Shown here one piece after another: positions 27,177 to 38,258 of a stretch of 64,000 nucleotides of DNA (the stretch's first letter is position 1; each line of letters starts with the position of its first letter). A model generated the notes under the pieces. It was not told where the DNA came from, did no database searches, and saw nothing but the letters and a program-made list of their open reading frames with translations. Both the position numbers and the translations under genes were made by a program. Source of the DNA: Patescibacteria group bacterium (lineage in GTDB: Bacteria > Patescibacteriota > Patescibacteriia > 2-01-FULL-39-33); NCBI GenBank assembly GCA_041671305.1, contig JBAZBX010000001.1, forward strand, positions 40,821-104,820. The letters run 5' to 3'.

Positions 27177-28451
27177 CTAAATCCAAGGTTTTTCCTGCCT
27201 GACCAATAATTCTTTCGCTCTAAGAGGCTCAGCCATAATTTCTTTGACCACTTTTTCCATTCTAGCGCCTTGTGAACCTTTAATTAAAATATAATCGCCC
27301 TGCCTGATTCTCTTTTGGACAAATTTTCCCGCTTCCAAATTTTTGGAAAAAGAAAATACTTTGTCTTTTGGCATTTTCAGCCTGATAGCCTCACCAGCAA
27401 TTATTCTCGCCCTTTCTCCGACAGTTATGAGATAATCAACCTCTGACATCGCCAAAGCCTTGGCCACTTTTTTGTGCCCTTCCTCGGTAAATTCTCCCAG
27501 TTCCAACATATCACCCAAAACCACATACTTCTCATGCTTTGTTTTGATTTTACCTAGAGCATTTATAGCACCAATCATGGATTCAGGGCTGGCATTATAA
27601 CTGTCGTCAATAATAATTGTACCTTTAATTCCGTTTACAATATTCATCCTGCCCTTGGGCGCGGAAAAATGCATTAAATTTTGAGCTATATCCACCAAAT
27701 TCATTTTGTATATCAATCCTATGGCTGAAGCAGCCAAAGCGGAATAAATCAAATGCTCACCCAAAATATGAGGCAAAAGTATGGGCACCGTACTGCCCTC
27801 ATAAGAAAGCTTGAAACTTAAACCCCGGGTATCTCCCTCATTGCCCTGTGAAATATTAACTTCCTGGGCAGTTACATCCGCTCCTTGATCAAAACCATAA
27901 GTCATAATCCTGCCTTTGACATATTTATCCATGCCAGCAACATACTCATTATCCGCATTGAGCACTCCCCAACCATTTTTGTCCAGATGAGAAAGCAAAA
28001 CTGCTTTTTCTTTGGCAATTTTTTCTATGGATTTGAAATGTTCCAAATGGACAGTGCTGACATTAGTCACTACTCCAATTTTGCATGGCGCCAACTCCGT
28101 GAGATATTTCATATCACCAGGATGGTCAACAGCCATTTCCAAAATTAATATTTTGGGATAATTTGGATTTTTGACAATAATTAATCCGATGGCTTTGATA
28201 AATACTCCTAGCCAGCTAAGTGGCGAACGACCGCCTGAATTAGCGCCGATGATGGAAAGAGGCAAGCCGATTTCATTATTATAATTTTTAATATTCCTGC
28301 GAACGTTAAAATTGGAGCTAAGTACCGCGTAAATTGCTTCTTTGGTGGAAGTCTTGCCCACACTTCCTGTCACGCCAATAATATCCGGCTGATATTTTTT
28401 CAAGACGGATTTAGCAAAAGTTTTTAATATTTTTTGTATTAACTTTCTCAT
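27177..28451 (-). CDS. murF: UDP-MurNAc-tripeptide--D-Ala-D-Ala ligase
   Basis: GVTGSVGKTSTKE, NNEIGLP, DDSYNASP, LGDMLELG. Confidence 0.95.
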   Translation of the reverse strand: MRKLIQKILKTFAKSVLKKYQPDIIGVTGSVGKTSTKEAIYAVLSSNFNVRRNIKNYNNEIGLPLSIIGANSGGRSPLSWLGVFIKAIGLIIVKNPNYPKILILEMAVDHPGDMKYLTELAPCKIGVVTNVSTVHLEHFKSIEKIAKEKAVLLSHLDKNGWGVLNADNEYVAGMDKYVKGRIMTYGFDQGADVTAQEVNISQGNEGDTRGLSFKLSYEGSTVPILLPHILGEHLIYSALAASAIGLIYKMNLVDIAQNLMHFSAPKGRMNIVNGIKGTIIIDDSYNASPESMIGAINALGKIKTKHEKYVVLGDMLELGEFTEEGHKKVAKALAMSEVDYLITVGERARIIAGEAIRLKMPKDKVFSFSKNLEAGKFVQKRIRQGDYILIKGSQGARMEKVVKEIMAEPLRAKELLVRQEKPWI

Positions 28452-28460
28452 TTTTAATTA

Positions 28461-30365
28461 TTACTTTTTGAGAGCCGGATCGTCTGCGCGATCATAGGGC
28501 ACATTATAATACTGAAGAATGAACTTTCCCACATTGGCAAATACTGGAGCAGCCGAATATTCTCCTGTCTTTCCATATTGAGGCTCTTTTATCACAACGA
28601 ACATAACAAATTTAGGATTAGTAAAAGGAGCATAACCGATAAATGAAGCATTAACCACACTATCAGGCATATATCCTCCGCCATTTTTTGGCACTTGAGC
28701 AGTACCAGTTTTACCAGCCACATGATATCCAGGAATCTGAGCTGTTTTGGCATGGCCATTTTCCGTAACACTAACCATCATACCAGACAACATCATAGCG
28801 GTTTTAGAAGATACCACTTGCTTTAAAACTTTTGGCTGGGTTGAGGAAACCACTTCTTTGCCGGAAAGTATTTGGGATACAATATATGGATGCATAAGTT
28901 TTCCACCGTTAGCAATAGCACCTACTGCTGTAATCATTTGAAGGGGCGTAACCGTAATGCCTTGCCCGAAAGTAGCGGTAGCGGCGTTTATCTCTCCGCG
29001 CAAATTTAAATTGGAAATATCTCCAGGCATTTCTTTGTCTAATTCAATTCCTGTCTTCACTCCAAAGCCGAAATTTTTGACGTAATTGACAAAAACTTTC
29101 TGCGTGGCTTGTTGCATGGCATAGATGACTCCGGTATTAATGGAAGTTTCCAAAACCTGAGTCATGGTTTGAAGTCCATATGATTTATCATTATAATTCC
29201 CTATTTTATACTTACCATAATCCACCACTCCCGTATCCACATAAGTCGTATCCGGTTTAACTTTGCCAACGTCCAAAGCGGCGGCCATGGTTATCGGTTT
29301 AAACACCGATCCCGGCTCATAAGCTTCAAAAATGGCAGGATTATTATATACAGAGATATTGTCTACCTGATTGTACTTATCGGGACTATAATCGGGATAA
29401 GAGCACATGGCCAAAATCGCGCCGGTTTTAGGATCCATAACGATGGCGGAACCGCCCTTGGCTTTTTGTCCCTGAACCATCAGATAAAGCTCTTGGCAAG
29501 TTTTGAATTGTATAGCTCGATCTATAGTCAAAACCAAATCCTGTCCATCTGTTTTTTCTTTGATGGAATTATTACCGACCGCCACGATATTGCCCCAAGC
29601 ATCCCGCTCAGAATGGATTTCTCCCATAGTTCCGGAAAGGATTGAATCAAAGTAACTCTCTAGTCCGTATTTTCCCTTTCGACTATCCCCTGAAAAACCC
29701 CAAAATCCGAATATGTGCCCGCCCATTCCCTGCTCAGGATAAAATCTCCAATCTTCTTCTTTGAATTCTAAGCCTTTTATGTTTAGGGCTTTTATCGCCT
29801 CTACCTGTTTATCAGAAAGTTTGGATCTAATCGGCGCGTATAATTTATTGGGCTGCGAGAGAATGCCGGTAAGCCGAACTAATTCTTTGCTTTTTTGCTC
29901 TTGAAACCACTGTTCTTGCTGAGTCTTGTTATTTTTCTGCATCAGATCATCTACGGTACTAGATGAGCTGGTAACGGCAATTATCGGGGATAAATTTTCA
30001 TATTTTATTCCATCCGACAAACCCAGAATTCCAAATAATTTATCCGCCGTGCTACTAGCGTCTTCTACACTTACCGGCACAGCGTAAAGCATATTTAATT
30101 TCTGATTTGTTACCAAGGGGAAAAGCGTCTTGCCGGTAATTGTGCTTTCAGAGACATAGATAGATCCTCGTTCTGGAAAAAGTTTTTGATACAAATCATG
30201 CTGACCTGCCGCCAAAGCCGAATAAAATCCGCCACGGATGATTTGTAAAGTAAAAAGCCGCGCCACAATACACAAAGAAAAAATAATAAAAAAAACAGCC
30301 AACACTGTTATTCTTTTTTTCTCGCTATATTGTTTCTTTTTTAAGAGTGAAGAGCGCCAATCCAT
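28461..30365 (-). CDS. ftsI: Class B penicillin-binding protein
   Basis: EPGSVFK, SIN, KTGTAQ; dcw context. Confidence 0.88.
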   Translation of the reverse strand: MDWRSSLLKKKQYSEKKRITVLAVFFIIFSLCIVARLFTLQIIRGGFYSALAAGQHDLYQKLFPERGSIYVSESTITGKTLFPLVTNQKLNMLYAVPVSVEDASSTADKLFGILGLSDGIKYENLSPIIAVTSSSSTVDDLMQKNNKTQQEQWFQEQKSKELVRLTGILSQPNKLYAPIRSKLSDKQVEAIKALNIKGLEFKEEDWRFYPEQGMGGHIFGFWGFSGDSRKGKYGLESYFDSILSGTMGEIHSERDAWGNIVAVGNNSIKEKTDGQDLVLTIDRAIQFKTCQELYLMVQGQKAKGGSAIVMDPKTGAILAMCSYPDYSPDKYNQVDNISVYNNPAIFEAYEPGSVFKPITMAAALDVGKVKPDTTYVDTGVVDYGKYKIGNYNDKSYGLQTMTQVLETSINTGVIYAMQQATQKVFVNYVKNFGFGVKTGIELDKEMPGDISNLNLRGEINAATATFGQGITVTPLQMITAVGAIANGGKLMHPYIVSQILSGKEVVSSTQPKVLKQVVSSKTAMMLSGMMVSVTENGHAKTAQIPGYHVAGKTGTAQVPKNGGGYMPDSVVNASFIGYAPFTNPKFVMFVVIKEPQYGKTGEYSAAPVFANVGKFILQYYNVPYDRADDPALKK

Positions 30366-30401
30366 AGTTTTTTAATTATCATCGCAATGACTCTTTTTGC
30401 T

Positions 30402-30773
30402 CTATTTCATGGCTACGATAGATCCAACTGGTGATATAACCTCAACTCTGGAAATAGGCACTAAATCTGATTTGGAAGCCCCGTTTACTATATTAGCCAT
30501 TGACTGTAATTGAATATAATTCAAATTAAGTTTGGTACTTACTTCCTGCAAGTCGGATAACTGCCTTTGCAAATCATTGACTTGATATCCTTTGGTGGCT
30601 GTAATATTAGTCTGCATCAGATATGCCACTCCGACTAAAACCGTTATAACTACCACGAGCGAGGTGCCTTTCATGCCACAGAGAAAACAAGCGGCCAAAG
30701 ATCCAAATCCTTTTTTCGGATTCAATTCAGGAAAATGATGATTAGATTTTTCGTGCTTCCAAAACCTTCCCAT
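30402..30773 (-). CDS. FtsL-like cell division protein
   Basis: TM plus coiled coil, between rsmH and ftsI. Confidence 0.65.
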   Translation of the reverse strand: MGRFWKHEKSNHHFPELNPKKGFGSLAACFLCGMKGTSLVVVITVLVGVAYLMQTNITATKGYQVNDLQRQLSDLQEVSTKLNLNYIQLQSMANIVNGASKSDLVPISRVEVISPVGSIVAMK

Positions 30774-30785
30774 ATATGATTATGA

Positions 30786-31691
30786 TTAGTTAAAAGTTTT
30801 CTCAATGACTCGCAGTTTTGCGCTTCTGCTACGCGGATTCTCCTGGCTTTCTTGCTCCGTAGCGACTATCGGCTTCTTGGTGATAATTTTTATTCTTGGC
30901 TTATCCTGCTTGGATTCGTCTCTGAAATAATTCTTGATTATCCTATCTTCTCCTGAATGGAAAGAAATTACCGCCAATCTTCCTCCGGACTTAAGTAATT
31001 CTATGGCTTGAGGAAGTACCGTATGGATATTGCCGAATTCATCATTAACCGCAATACGCAACGCCTGAAATACTTTGGTGGCGGGCGATTTTTTGGATTT
31101 AGCACGGTAATGCCTGCCATAAACGCCTTCAACTAGTTGCACCAAAGCCTCTACCGTCTCTATTTTATTTCCTGCCTCTCTTTCCGCAACGATCTTCTTG
31201 GCTATAGGCCAAGCTAGAGGCTCCTCTCCGTATTCCTTAAATATTCTGAATAATTCTTTTTGATTGTATGATTGCAAAATCTCCGCTGCCGTCATCTGAT
31301 CAGATGAGGCATTATATCTCATGTCAAGAGTTCCGCTATCTTGGAAACTAAATCCCCGACTCCTTGCGCCGAGCTGATCTGATGATAGCCCAAGGTCAAG
31401 TAGAACACCGTCAATTTTGCCAATTCGCTTATCATCGCTTAATTTTTTATAAATATTTTTTAAATTCCGATAATTATCATTTACCAGAATTAAATTTTTA
31501 TTACTACTGGTCTGAATGACACTGGGATCCAAATCAATTCCGATAAGCTTGCCATCAGGTTTTATGCGCTCCAAAATTTCCAATGAATGACCACCGCCTC
31601 CAAAAGTACAATCTATAAAATTCTGTCCAGGCTGAGGGTCTAAATACTGCAATACCTCCTGCAAGAGCACTGGCTCATGGATCGTGGCCAT
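30786..31691 (-). CDS. rsmH: 16S rRNA m4C1402 methyltransferase
   Basis: HEPVL, DCTFGGGGHS, FQALRIAVN, NPRSRSAKLR. Confidence 0.97.
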   Translation of the reverse strand: MATIHEPVLLQEVLQYLDPQPGQNFIDCTFGGGGHSLEILERIKPDGKLIGIDLDPSVIQTSSNKNLILVNDNYRNLKNIYKKLSDDKRIGKIDGVLLDLGLSSDQLGARSRGFSFQDSGTLDMRYNASSDQMTAAEILQSYNQKELFRIFKEYGEEPLAWPIAKKIVAEREAGNKIETVEALVQLVEGVYGRHYRAKSKKSPATKVFQALRIAVNDEFGNIHTVLPQAIELLKSGGRLAVISFHSGEDRIIKNYFRDESKQDKPRIKIITKKPIVATEQESQENPRSRSAKLRVIEKTFN

Positions 31692-31710
31692 ATCTATATA
31701 AAATTATATT

Positions 31711-32139
31711 TTAGGTACCCAGACTACTGAGAGCTTCAGCAATATTATTATAATTTTTTTCACTCTCTTCCTTGTAATTATTCCATCTGTCTTCATCCCA
31801 GATTTCCAATCTATTATATAATCCAGCGATAATAACATTCTTACTGATACCGGCAAACCTTCTCAAATATTCAGGCAAAATAATTCTTCCCTGTTTATCA
31901 AACTCCACTTCCATCGCTCCGGCAAGTATTGCCCTGGAAAAAGCGCGATTATCTGACTTGTCTATAGATAGAGAAGCTATTTTGGTAGCCATTTTATCCC
32001 ATTCTTTTTGTGGATAAAGAAAAAGACAATTATCCAAGCCCTTAGTTACAACTGCCTTTTTTAATTCAGACCTAAATTTCGCAGGAACTGCAACCCGCCC
32101 CTTATTATCCAAGCTATGAGTGTACTGGCCTATAAACAT
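31711..32139 (-). CDS. mraZ: Transcriptional regulator MraZ
   Basis: DNKGRVAVP and DKQGRIILP repeats. Confidence 0.97.
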   Translation of the reverse strand: MFIGQYTHSLDNKGRVAVPAKFRSELKKAVVTKGLDNCLFLYPQKEWDKMATKIASLSIDKSDNRAFSRAILAGAMEVEFDKQGRIILPEYLRRFAGISKNVIIAGLYNRLEIWDEDRWNNYKEESEKNYNNIAEALSSLGT

Positions 32140-32161
32140 GTTTTTTGTTGTTTGTGAAATT

Positions 32162-32214
32162 CACCACTTTTCACCATTTGTATTCATTATACACCACCAA
32201 CACACCACCGTCAA
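32162..32214 (-). promoter_or_regulatory. mraZ promoter with MraZ-type repeats
   Basis: TTGACG-17-TATAAT with four (G/A)TGGTG repeats. Confidence 0.8.
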
Positions 32215-32251
32215 ACATTATTCTGCATAAATTCTACATAATTATGTAATT

Positions 32252-32278
32252 AAAAATGCCCGAAAATCGGGCATTTTT
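32252..32278. terminator. Intrinsic terminator
   Basis: AAAAATGCCCGA-AAA-TCGGGCATTTTT. Confidence 0.8.
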
Positions 32279-32329
32279 ATTAATCCAAATAAACTAAGTG
32301 GAAAACGTGGGGATAATTTTAATTTTTCT

Positions 32330-32467
32330 CTACTTAAATAATCCCATCAGTACAGCAGAAGAAATAATTATCAACATGTACACCGTCAAAATAATTACAC
32401 TAATTCCGGAAGAGATGGTGACCTTGGTTTTGGTTTGAGTTTCAGTTTGAAGTTTTGGTTTTTGCAT
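32330..32467 (-). CDS. Small C-terminally anchored membrane protein, 45 aa
   Basis: Translated by hand: MQKPKLQTETQTKTKVTISSGISVIILTVYMLIIISSAVLMGLFK. Confidence 0.55.
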   Translation of the reverse strand: MQKPKLQTETQTKTKVTISSGISVIILTVYMLIIISSAVLMGLFK

Positions 32468-32475
32468 ATTGTAAT

Positions 32476-32874
32476 TTAAGTTATATTTGGTTCTCTATCA
32501 TAGAATGGCAAAACAATACTTCCCTTTTTAACTTTTTTAATTTTAATCAATAGCTTACTAATTAAATCATCATTATTTTCAAATTCATCCTTTCTAATTC
32601 CAGCAACCGGGACTTTCCAGGCATAGCCAAGCGTATTGGCCACCACTACTCCAATTCTGACCGATGTAAATCCACCCGGTCCAGAAACAACGCCAATCCC
32701 CTTCAATTGAGAAAATTTTATCTTCTGCGTGGTTATAATTTTCTCAATACCAACGAGTAATTTCTCCGATTGCTTTCGCTCACCGATAATTTTCTTGTGC
32801 CAAAAATTAACCTTGTCTTTGACAAGAAATATTTCAATGCCCTTATCGTCTGTGGTATTAATTATTAAATACAT
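32476..32874 (-). CDS. tsaB: t6A biosynthesis protein TsaB (short form)
   Basis: GPGGFTSVRIG; C-terminal PFYDREPNIT. Confidence 0.9.
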   Translation of the reverse strand: MYLIINTTDDKGIEIFLVKDKVNFWHKKIIGERKQSEKLLVGIEKIITTQKIKFSQLKGIGVVSGPGGFTSVRIGVVVANTLGYAWKVPVAGIRKDEFENNDDLISKLLIKIKKVKKGSIVLPFYDREPNIT

Positions 32875-32877
32875 AAA

Positions 32878-34251
32878 TTAATATATTATAACCTTTGTCC
32901 CAATATCAACCCAATCATAAATCAACTTAGCCTGCGCCGTCAACATATTTACGCAACCATGGCTCATCACATGCCCAAAATTACTGTGCCAATAAGTTCC
33001 ATGAATTGTATACGCTCCCTTAAACGACGCTACCCAAGGCACATTGGGCAAATTATAATCCGTTCCAACCATATTTACTTTTGGCCTTTTTTTGAATATA
33101 GAGAATAATCCTTTTGGCGTCGGTTTACTGGCTAACCCAGAAGAAATCAAAAATGTATCTAATTTTCTCCCATCTTGCCAATATGTCAATTTCTGATTTT
33201 TTAAATCAACATCAATAAATTTGTAATCACCGCTTCTATAGCTATCAAAAGTTCTCTCCGGTAAAGTCACGATTTCATTTTTTCCGTCACCGTCTATATC
33301 GCCCACTGCATTTTTTATTCCACCCAGATAGTTATCCAACTCATACGGCTTAAATTCTTTCAATAAAGTCCCCTTGGTGTCAAAAACTCTTACTACGGCA
33401 AAGCCATGGAAACTGGGACTAACTACGATTTCCGAATTTCCATCACCATTTAAATCTCCGCCGGAAACATTTATTCCTCCATTATATTTATCATCAAAGG
33501 CCGCAAACCTCCCTGTCTCTGCCAAATCAGAATTCAAAATTAGCACTTCTGGCTTATTGCCATAACCCGGAGAAATCAAAATAGCTTCTTTACTGCCGAA
33601 AAGAGGTAATTTTCCCAAGTTCACCCCTCCCGCATTACCAAAATCCAATTTTTTATTTTTTAATATCTTTCCTTGCGTGTCATAGACAGCAATCTGAGCC
33701 GGCTGATTGAGGTTTGAACCGGTTACTATTTCAGACTTATTGTCGCCATTTAAATCAACAACCAAGACCTTGATCCCGCTTCGGCCATTATTATCGCCGG
33801 AGAAAAAATTAAAGAAATTATTTCCATCGCCATAAAATCCTCGCACCTGAGGTCCGCCTCTATATCCCGCTCCGGTCGCAATCTCAGATTTCCCGTCCCC
33901 ATCTATATCTCCAGCAGAAATAAAGACTCCGCCTTTAAAAGACTCCGCATAAGCCATAAACTCTCCCATCTTCTGACCATTGTCTGACCATATTTCTACC
34001 CTGGGAGAATTTCCACTGCCCGTAGAAACAATAATTTCCTCCTTGCCGTCATTATCAATATCGCCCAGACTCAGATCAGTATTTCCCAGATAAATATTGC
34101 CACCCAATACTTCAAAACTTGTTTTCAACTTTCCCTCAGAATCAAATATCTTTATTTGTGGAGAAATAACATTGCCAGCCTTGGTTATAGCAGGAAATAT
34201 TATTAAGCCCAGCACTATCATTAAAAATGATACAAAAAATATTTTTTTCAT
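32878..34251 (-). CDS. Secreted FG-GAP repeat protein with C-terminal L,D-transpeptidase (YkuD) domain
   Basis: Signal peptide, GDIDGDGK repeats, IHGTYWH...SHGCVN. Confidence 0.88.
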   Translation of the reverse strand: MKKIFFVSFLMIVLGLIIFPAITKAGNVISPQIKIFDSEGKLKTSFEVLGGNIYLGNTDLSLGDIDNDGKEEIIVSTGSGNSPRVEIWSDNGQKMGEFMAYAESFKGGVFISAGDIDGDGKSEIATGAGYRGGPQVRGFYGDGNNFFNFFSGDNNGRSGIKVLVVDLNGDNKSEIVTGSNLNQPAQIAVYDTQGKILKNKKLDFGNAGGVNLGKLPLFGSKEAILISPGYGNKPEVLILNSDLAETGRFAAFDDKYNGGINVSGGDLNGDGNSEIVVSPSFHGFAVVRVFDTKGTLLKEFKPYELDNYLGGIKNAVGDIDGDGKNEIVTLPERTFDSYRSGDYKFIDVDLKNQKLTYWQDGRKLDTFLISSGLASKPTPKGLFSIFKKRPKVNMVGTDYNLPNVPWVASFKGAYTIHGTYWHSNFGHVMSHGCVNMLTAQAKLIYDWVDIGTKVIIY

Positions 34252-34850
34252 CGCTGAGTTTTTAATTTATCAACAAGAATCAAATTCTTGTGCTCAAGCA
34301 GGTCATAAAGGAACTTATCAGTCAGACCTCTTCTATACAAGAAATCAGCCTTGGTTAAAATAGTATAGTTGATAGATCGTCCTAATTCTTTCTCAAATCC
34401 GCGAATAATCTTCTGAAAATTAGCTTTTTTAACATTTCCGACCACAAGTACATCTGCCGGAGCATCTTCCCAGCCCACAAACACACCAGAGAGAAGGAAA
34501 AAATAGATATCGCCCATCTTATCCACTTTCTGAAGCAATGACTGATCCATAATCAAATTAGACTTAACCAAAAGCGACCGTAATTCATCTACAAAGATAA
34601 AATTTCTATTGAGTTTATAGTATTTTTTATTGTCTTTTAACTCTTTCTCCACCTCCTTTTCAAAATCTTCCTTGGTAGAAGCTTCAATAATGCCAATACT
34701 TTCCAAATTATTGAGTTCCCTGCGTACTGAATTTAAATGGAGATCCAAATTCCTGGCCATTTCCCTGACAAAATAAAATTTTTCTGGATTATTAATAAAA
34801 AGCCGAAGCAATAACACTCTGGCCTTTGATCCAAAAATTTGTTCAAGCAT
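34248..34850 (-). CDS. Winged-helix protein with nucleotidyltransferase-like C-terminus
   Basis: LFGSKAR-like start, VREMAR...NSVRREL, DVLVVG. Confidence 0.7.
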   Translation of the reverse strand: MLEQIFGSKARVLLLRLFINNPEKFYFVREMARNLDLHLNSVRRELNNLESIGIIEASTKEDFEKEVEKELKDNKKYYKLNRNFIFVDELRSLLVKSNLIMDQSLLQKVDKMGDIYFFLLSGVFVGWEDAPADVLVVGNVKKANFQKIIRGFEKELGRSINYTILTKADFLYRRGLTDKFLYDLLEHKNLILVDKLKTQR

Positions 34851-34951
34851 AATATGTGTTTGTGCCTTAGTTAAATTGGCGCGATTTTGTGTTTGTGATA
34901 CTTTTATTGTATAATAATATAATTAAACTGTAAAGAAAAAGACTGCCCCAA

Positions 34952-37207
34952 ATGGAAAATTTCTCCACCAAAATAAGCAAGCTATCCTTAGAAGCCGATC
35001 CATCAGTAATCGGCGAGGCTTTTGTTGCAAAAACAGAAAGAAATTTAGCCAAAAACCTTGGTTTACTTTTTGGAGTTACTGATTTGTGCGATCTTCCGGA
35101 CGGCTTTGTGGATAAATTCACTGAGATGATTTCCGATCTTAAAACAGAATATTATCTGCCCCCATTTGATATTGAAGAAGGGTTGGAAAAAAGATTTGAG
35201 GAATGTCTGCAAAGAGCCAACAGAAGACTGAATAAAATAATCAACGAATCATTTGAGGAAATTAATCTTTCCGGCATTCATGCCATTATCGGACTTATCC
35301 ACAAGAACAAAATTTATTTGAGCCAGATAGGTCATATCAGCGCTTTCCTGTTCCACCAGAGGAAACAGTTTGATCGTATCATTATAGATATCCTGGGCGT
35401 TGGCGCTGACAAAAAAGCCAAGATAGACCATGAAAAAATGTTTTCTAATATTGTCAGCGGAGCCATAAGCGAAAAAGATGACATCATCATCTGCAATTCA
35501 AAAGTTTTGGAAGCTGTTTCGCAATATGATCTTCTTGGACTATTTTCCGAATCCCAGGCAGAAGAAGTCATTCCAGTCAAGCTGGAAAAACTCATTGAGT
35601 CAATCGGACAAAAAAGCAATTTTTATGCCATTATTATCCAACCTGATATTGAAGAAGTCACTCAGCAATCTACAGGATCGTTGCCTATAAACAAAAATAA
35701 TCAAGTTCCATCTCTCCCCTCGCAAAATTCCATAAATAAATTGCTCCGGACCCAAGAGAAAACCGAGAAATACTTGACCCCATCGCTCATGCCTTCATGG
35801 CAAAAAATTCTAATTCTACTAGGCCGAGGAATCAAAAAAACATCAATTTTTATTTGGAAATATCTCAAGATAGTTTTGATTTATATCAATAATTATGCGA
35901 GAAAGCTTTTTATAATAATTAAAAACAAATTATTCAAAAAATCCGCCGCCAAAGAGATTATGCCAATTATTCCTGGCGGAGCAAGCTCCCAAATAGAGCC
36001 CATGAAACCTAGTGAAAAATTTTCCGAAATTACTCAGCCTGATTTCCAACAAATGCCTGCCACCAACCCGCTAAACATAATTAGCAATTGGGTTAATGGG
36101 CAGATTGCCAAGATAATACGATTAAACAAACTTCAAAAAGCGCTGCTGATTTTGGCCTTAATCTTAATTTTTGCCTTCAGCGAAAGTATTGTTTGGATGG
36201 GACAAGCTTCTTCCAATAAAAAATCTCCCAACGATCCTCAAGTAATTTCCCTGCAGATTGAGGATAAATTAAGTCTCGCAGAGGCACAAAACATCTTCAA
36301 CGACGAAGTTGGCGCCAAAAGTTATCTGCAACAAGCCAGGGATTTACTGGCCAAAATACCAGAGAAAAAGAAATATCAATCCATGAGATCGGACTTGCTA
36401 AGCAAAATAGAAAAATTAAGCCAAACTATACAAAAAATATCCTATCTGGAAAATCCTCAATTAATAACTGACCTAACTGCCGATAACGCACAGATAAAAA
36501 GCATGGCTCTTTCCGGCAGAATCCTTTTTGTCTATGGCAACGGCAATCAAATATTGTATCAAATAGATTTGGACAAAAAACAAATTAATAAATCTAATAT
36601 TCCTCAAAATTTAAATATTATCAAAATTGCTTCTCTGGATGCCAAAAATTTAATTATATTGGACAATTCCGGTAATTTATTCAAATATACCCTCAAAGCA
36701 TCTACGACTGATCCACTACTTTCCGGAAGCGCCAGCGACGTCTCCCTCTATGCCGGCAAAATCTATATTCTTCAAAAAGACAAAAATCAAATCATCAAAT
36801 ATAGTCTAGTCAAAAATAAACTGTCCACTCCCAGTTCCCTTATCAAAAATAACTACAATCTTGCCAATACTTCAGCCATTTCTGCCACGGTAAGCGGTGT
36901 GTTGTCTTTTGACAATTCCGGCCAAATTAAATATTTCAAAAAGGGAATCCCCGATAACATGCCTTTTACAGTAATTGATCCGGCAGTCAAGCCTCCCGTC
37001 CAAATATATGGCGATTCAGCCGGATACATTTATCTACTGGATCAAACCAATAAAAAAGTAATTATATATGACAAAAAAGGCGAGTTAAAAGTTCAAATTA
37101 CTTCTACTCAATTTAATTCTTTGGATGGCATGGCCGTATCCGAGAAAGACAAGAAGATTTATCTTCTTTCCGGAAGCAAAATATTTGCCATCAATACTAA
37201 TTTATAA
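34952..37207 (+). CDS. Membrane protein with PP2C-like N-terminus and beta-propeller-like C-terminus
   Basis: Central TM; beta-rich C-terminal repeats; fold calls are inference. Confidence 0.55.
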   Translation: MENFSTKISKLSLEADPSVIGEAFVAKTERNLAKNLGLLFGVTDLCDLPDGFVDKFTEMISDLKTEYYLPPFDIEEGLEKRFEECLQRANRRLNKIINESFEEINLSGIHAIIGLIHKNKIYLSQIGHISAFLFHQRKQFDRIIIDILGVGADKKAKIDHEKMFSNIVSGAISEKDDIIICNSKVLEAVSQYDLLGLFSESQAEEVIPVKLEKLIESIGQKSNFYAIIIQPDIEEVTQQSTGSLPINKNNQVPSLPSQNSINKLLRTQEKTEKYLTPSLMPSWQKILILLGRGIKKTSIFIWKYLKIVLIYINNYARKLFIIIKNKLFKKSAAKEIMPIIPGGASSQIEPMKPSEKFSEITQPDFQQMPATNPLNIISNWVNGQIAKIIRLNKLQKALLILALILIFAFSESIVWMGQASSNKKSPNDPQVISLQIEDKLSLAEAQNIFNDEVGAKSYLQQARDLLAKIPEKKKYQSMRSDLLSKIEKLSQTIQKISYLENPQLITDLTADNAQIKSMALSGRILFVYGNGNQILYQIDLDKKQINKSNIPQNLNIIKIASLDAKNLIILDNSGNLFKYTLKASTTDPLLSGSASDVSLYAGKIYILQKDKNQIIKYSLVKNKLSTPSSLIKNNYNLANTSAISATVSGVLSFDNSGQIKYFKKGIPDNMPFTVIDPAVKPPVQIYGDSAGYIYLLDQTNKKVIIYDKKGELKVQITSTQFNSLDGMAVSEKDKKIYLLSGSKIFAINTNL

Positions 37208-37216
37208 ATTTCTCAT

Positions 37217-37252
37217 AAAAAAATTCCCTCGGATATCCGAGGGAATTTTTTT
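37217..37252. terminator. Bidirectional terminator
   Basis: AAAAAATTCCCTCGGATATCCGAGGGAATTTTTT. Confidence 0.85.
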
Positions 37253-37277
37253 ACTTCAGCAATATAGAGTAATTTCC

Positions 37278-37673
37278 TTATTTCAAAGTAACTGTAGCGC
37301 CAGCGGTTTCCAATTCTTTCTTGATCTTTTCTGCTTCTTCTTTCTTTACGCCTTCTCTTACTACTTTTGGAGCTCCATCAACCAAATCCTTGGCTTCTTT
37401 GAGGCCAAGTTCAGTAATAGTTCTGACTGCCTTAATAACAGCAATCTTGTTGGCTCCGGCATTGGTGATTTCAATATCAAAGAAATCTTTTTCCTCTGCG
37501 GCTTCAGCAGCTCCGCCAGCAGCAGCCATCATGACAGGGGCAGCAGCAGAAACACCAAACTTTTCTTCCAACACCTTAACTAATTCAGCCAAATCAACGA
37601 CTGAAAGCTTATCAATTTGTTCCACCAAAGATTTGAACTTTTCTGGAACAATAACTTCTTTTTGTTCGTCCAT
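37278..37673 (-). CDS. rplL: 50S ribosomal protein L7/L12
   Basis: [31 protein letters not shown]. Confidence 0.98.
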   Translation of the reverse strand: MDEQKEVIVPEKFKSLVEQIDKLSVVDLAELVKVLEEKFGVSAAAPVMMAAAGGAAEAAEEKDFFDIEITNAGANKIAVIKAVRTITELGLKEAKDLVDGAPKVVREGVKKEEAEKIKKELETAGATVTLK

Positions 37674-37709
37674 ATTATTGTTTTATTTTAAATTTGTTAA
37701 TTAATTCTA

Positions 37710-38213
37710 TTAAACGGCTTGTCCTTCTTTGCTTTCTTTAATTGCATTTATAACTCTCACGATGCCCGACAAAGGATTGGAAAGGCAACCAACGAGTTTT
37801 GACAAAAGTTCTTTTCTGGAAGGAATCTTGGATAATTCCGTTACTTTTACAGCATCAATATAATTACCTTCAAAAATACCGCCAATAAACTTCAATTTGT
37901 TGTTCTCCTTGGCAAGTCCTGCTACGATTCTAGCTGGAGCAATCTCGTCTTCATAACCGAAAACGGTTGCGATTTCTCCTGATAGTTCTTGACTATCTAT
38001 CTCAGAAATACCTCTTTTCTTCAAAACATTTTTGAGTAAGGTCTTTTTGGTGGCCATATACTCAGCGCCCTCATCACGGCATTTATTTCTCAAAACATCT
38101 ATTTCTTTGACTGGAATTCCGGAATAATTGATGAAAACTGCGGATTTCATTTTTTCCGCCTTTTCCTCCAAAGAACCGATAATGGCAGCCTTTTTGGATC
38201 TTGTTTTTGGCAT
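37710..38213 (-). CDS. rplJ: 50S ribosomal protein L10
   Basis: Typical L10 features, upstream of rplL. Confidence 0.95.
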   Translation of the reverse strand: MPKTRSKKAAIIGSLEEKAEKMKSAVFINYSGIPVKEIDVLRNKCRDEGAEYMATKKTLLKNVLKKRGISEIDSQELSGEIATVFGYEDEIAPARIVAGLAKENNKLKFIGGIFEGNYIDAVKVTELSKIPSRKELLSKLVGCLSNPLSGIVRVINAIKESKEGQAV

Positions 38214-38258
38214 ATTTGTAATAATTAAAATTACGAATTAATAATTGAAAAAATAAAA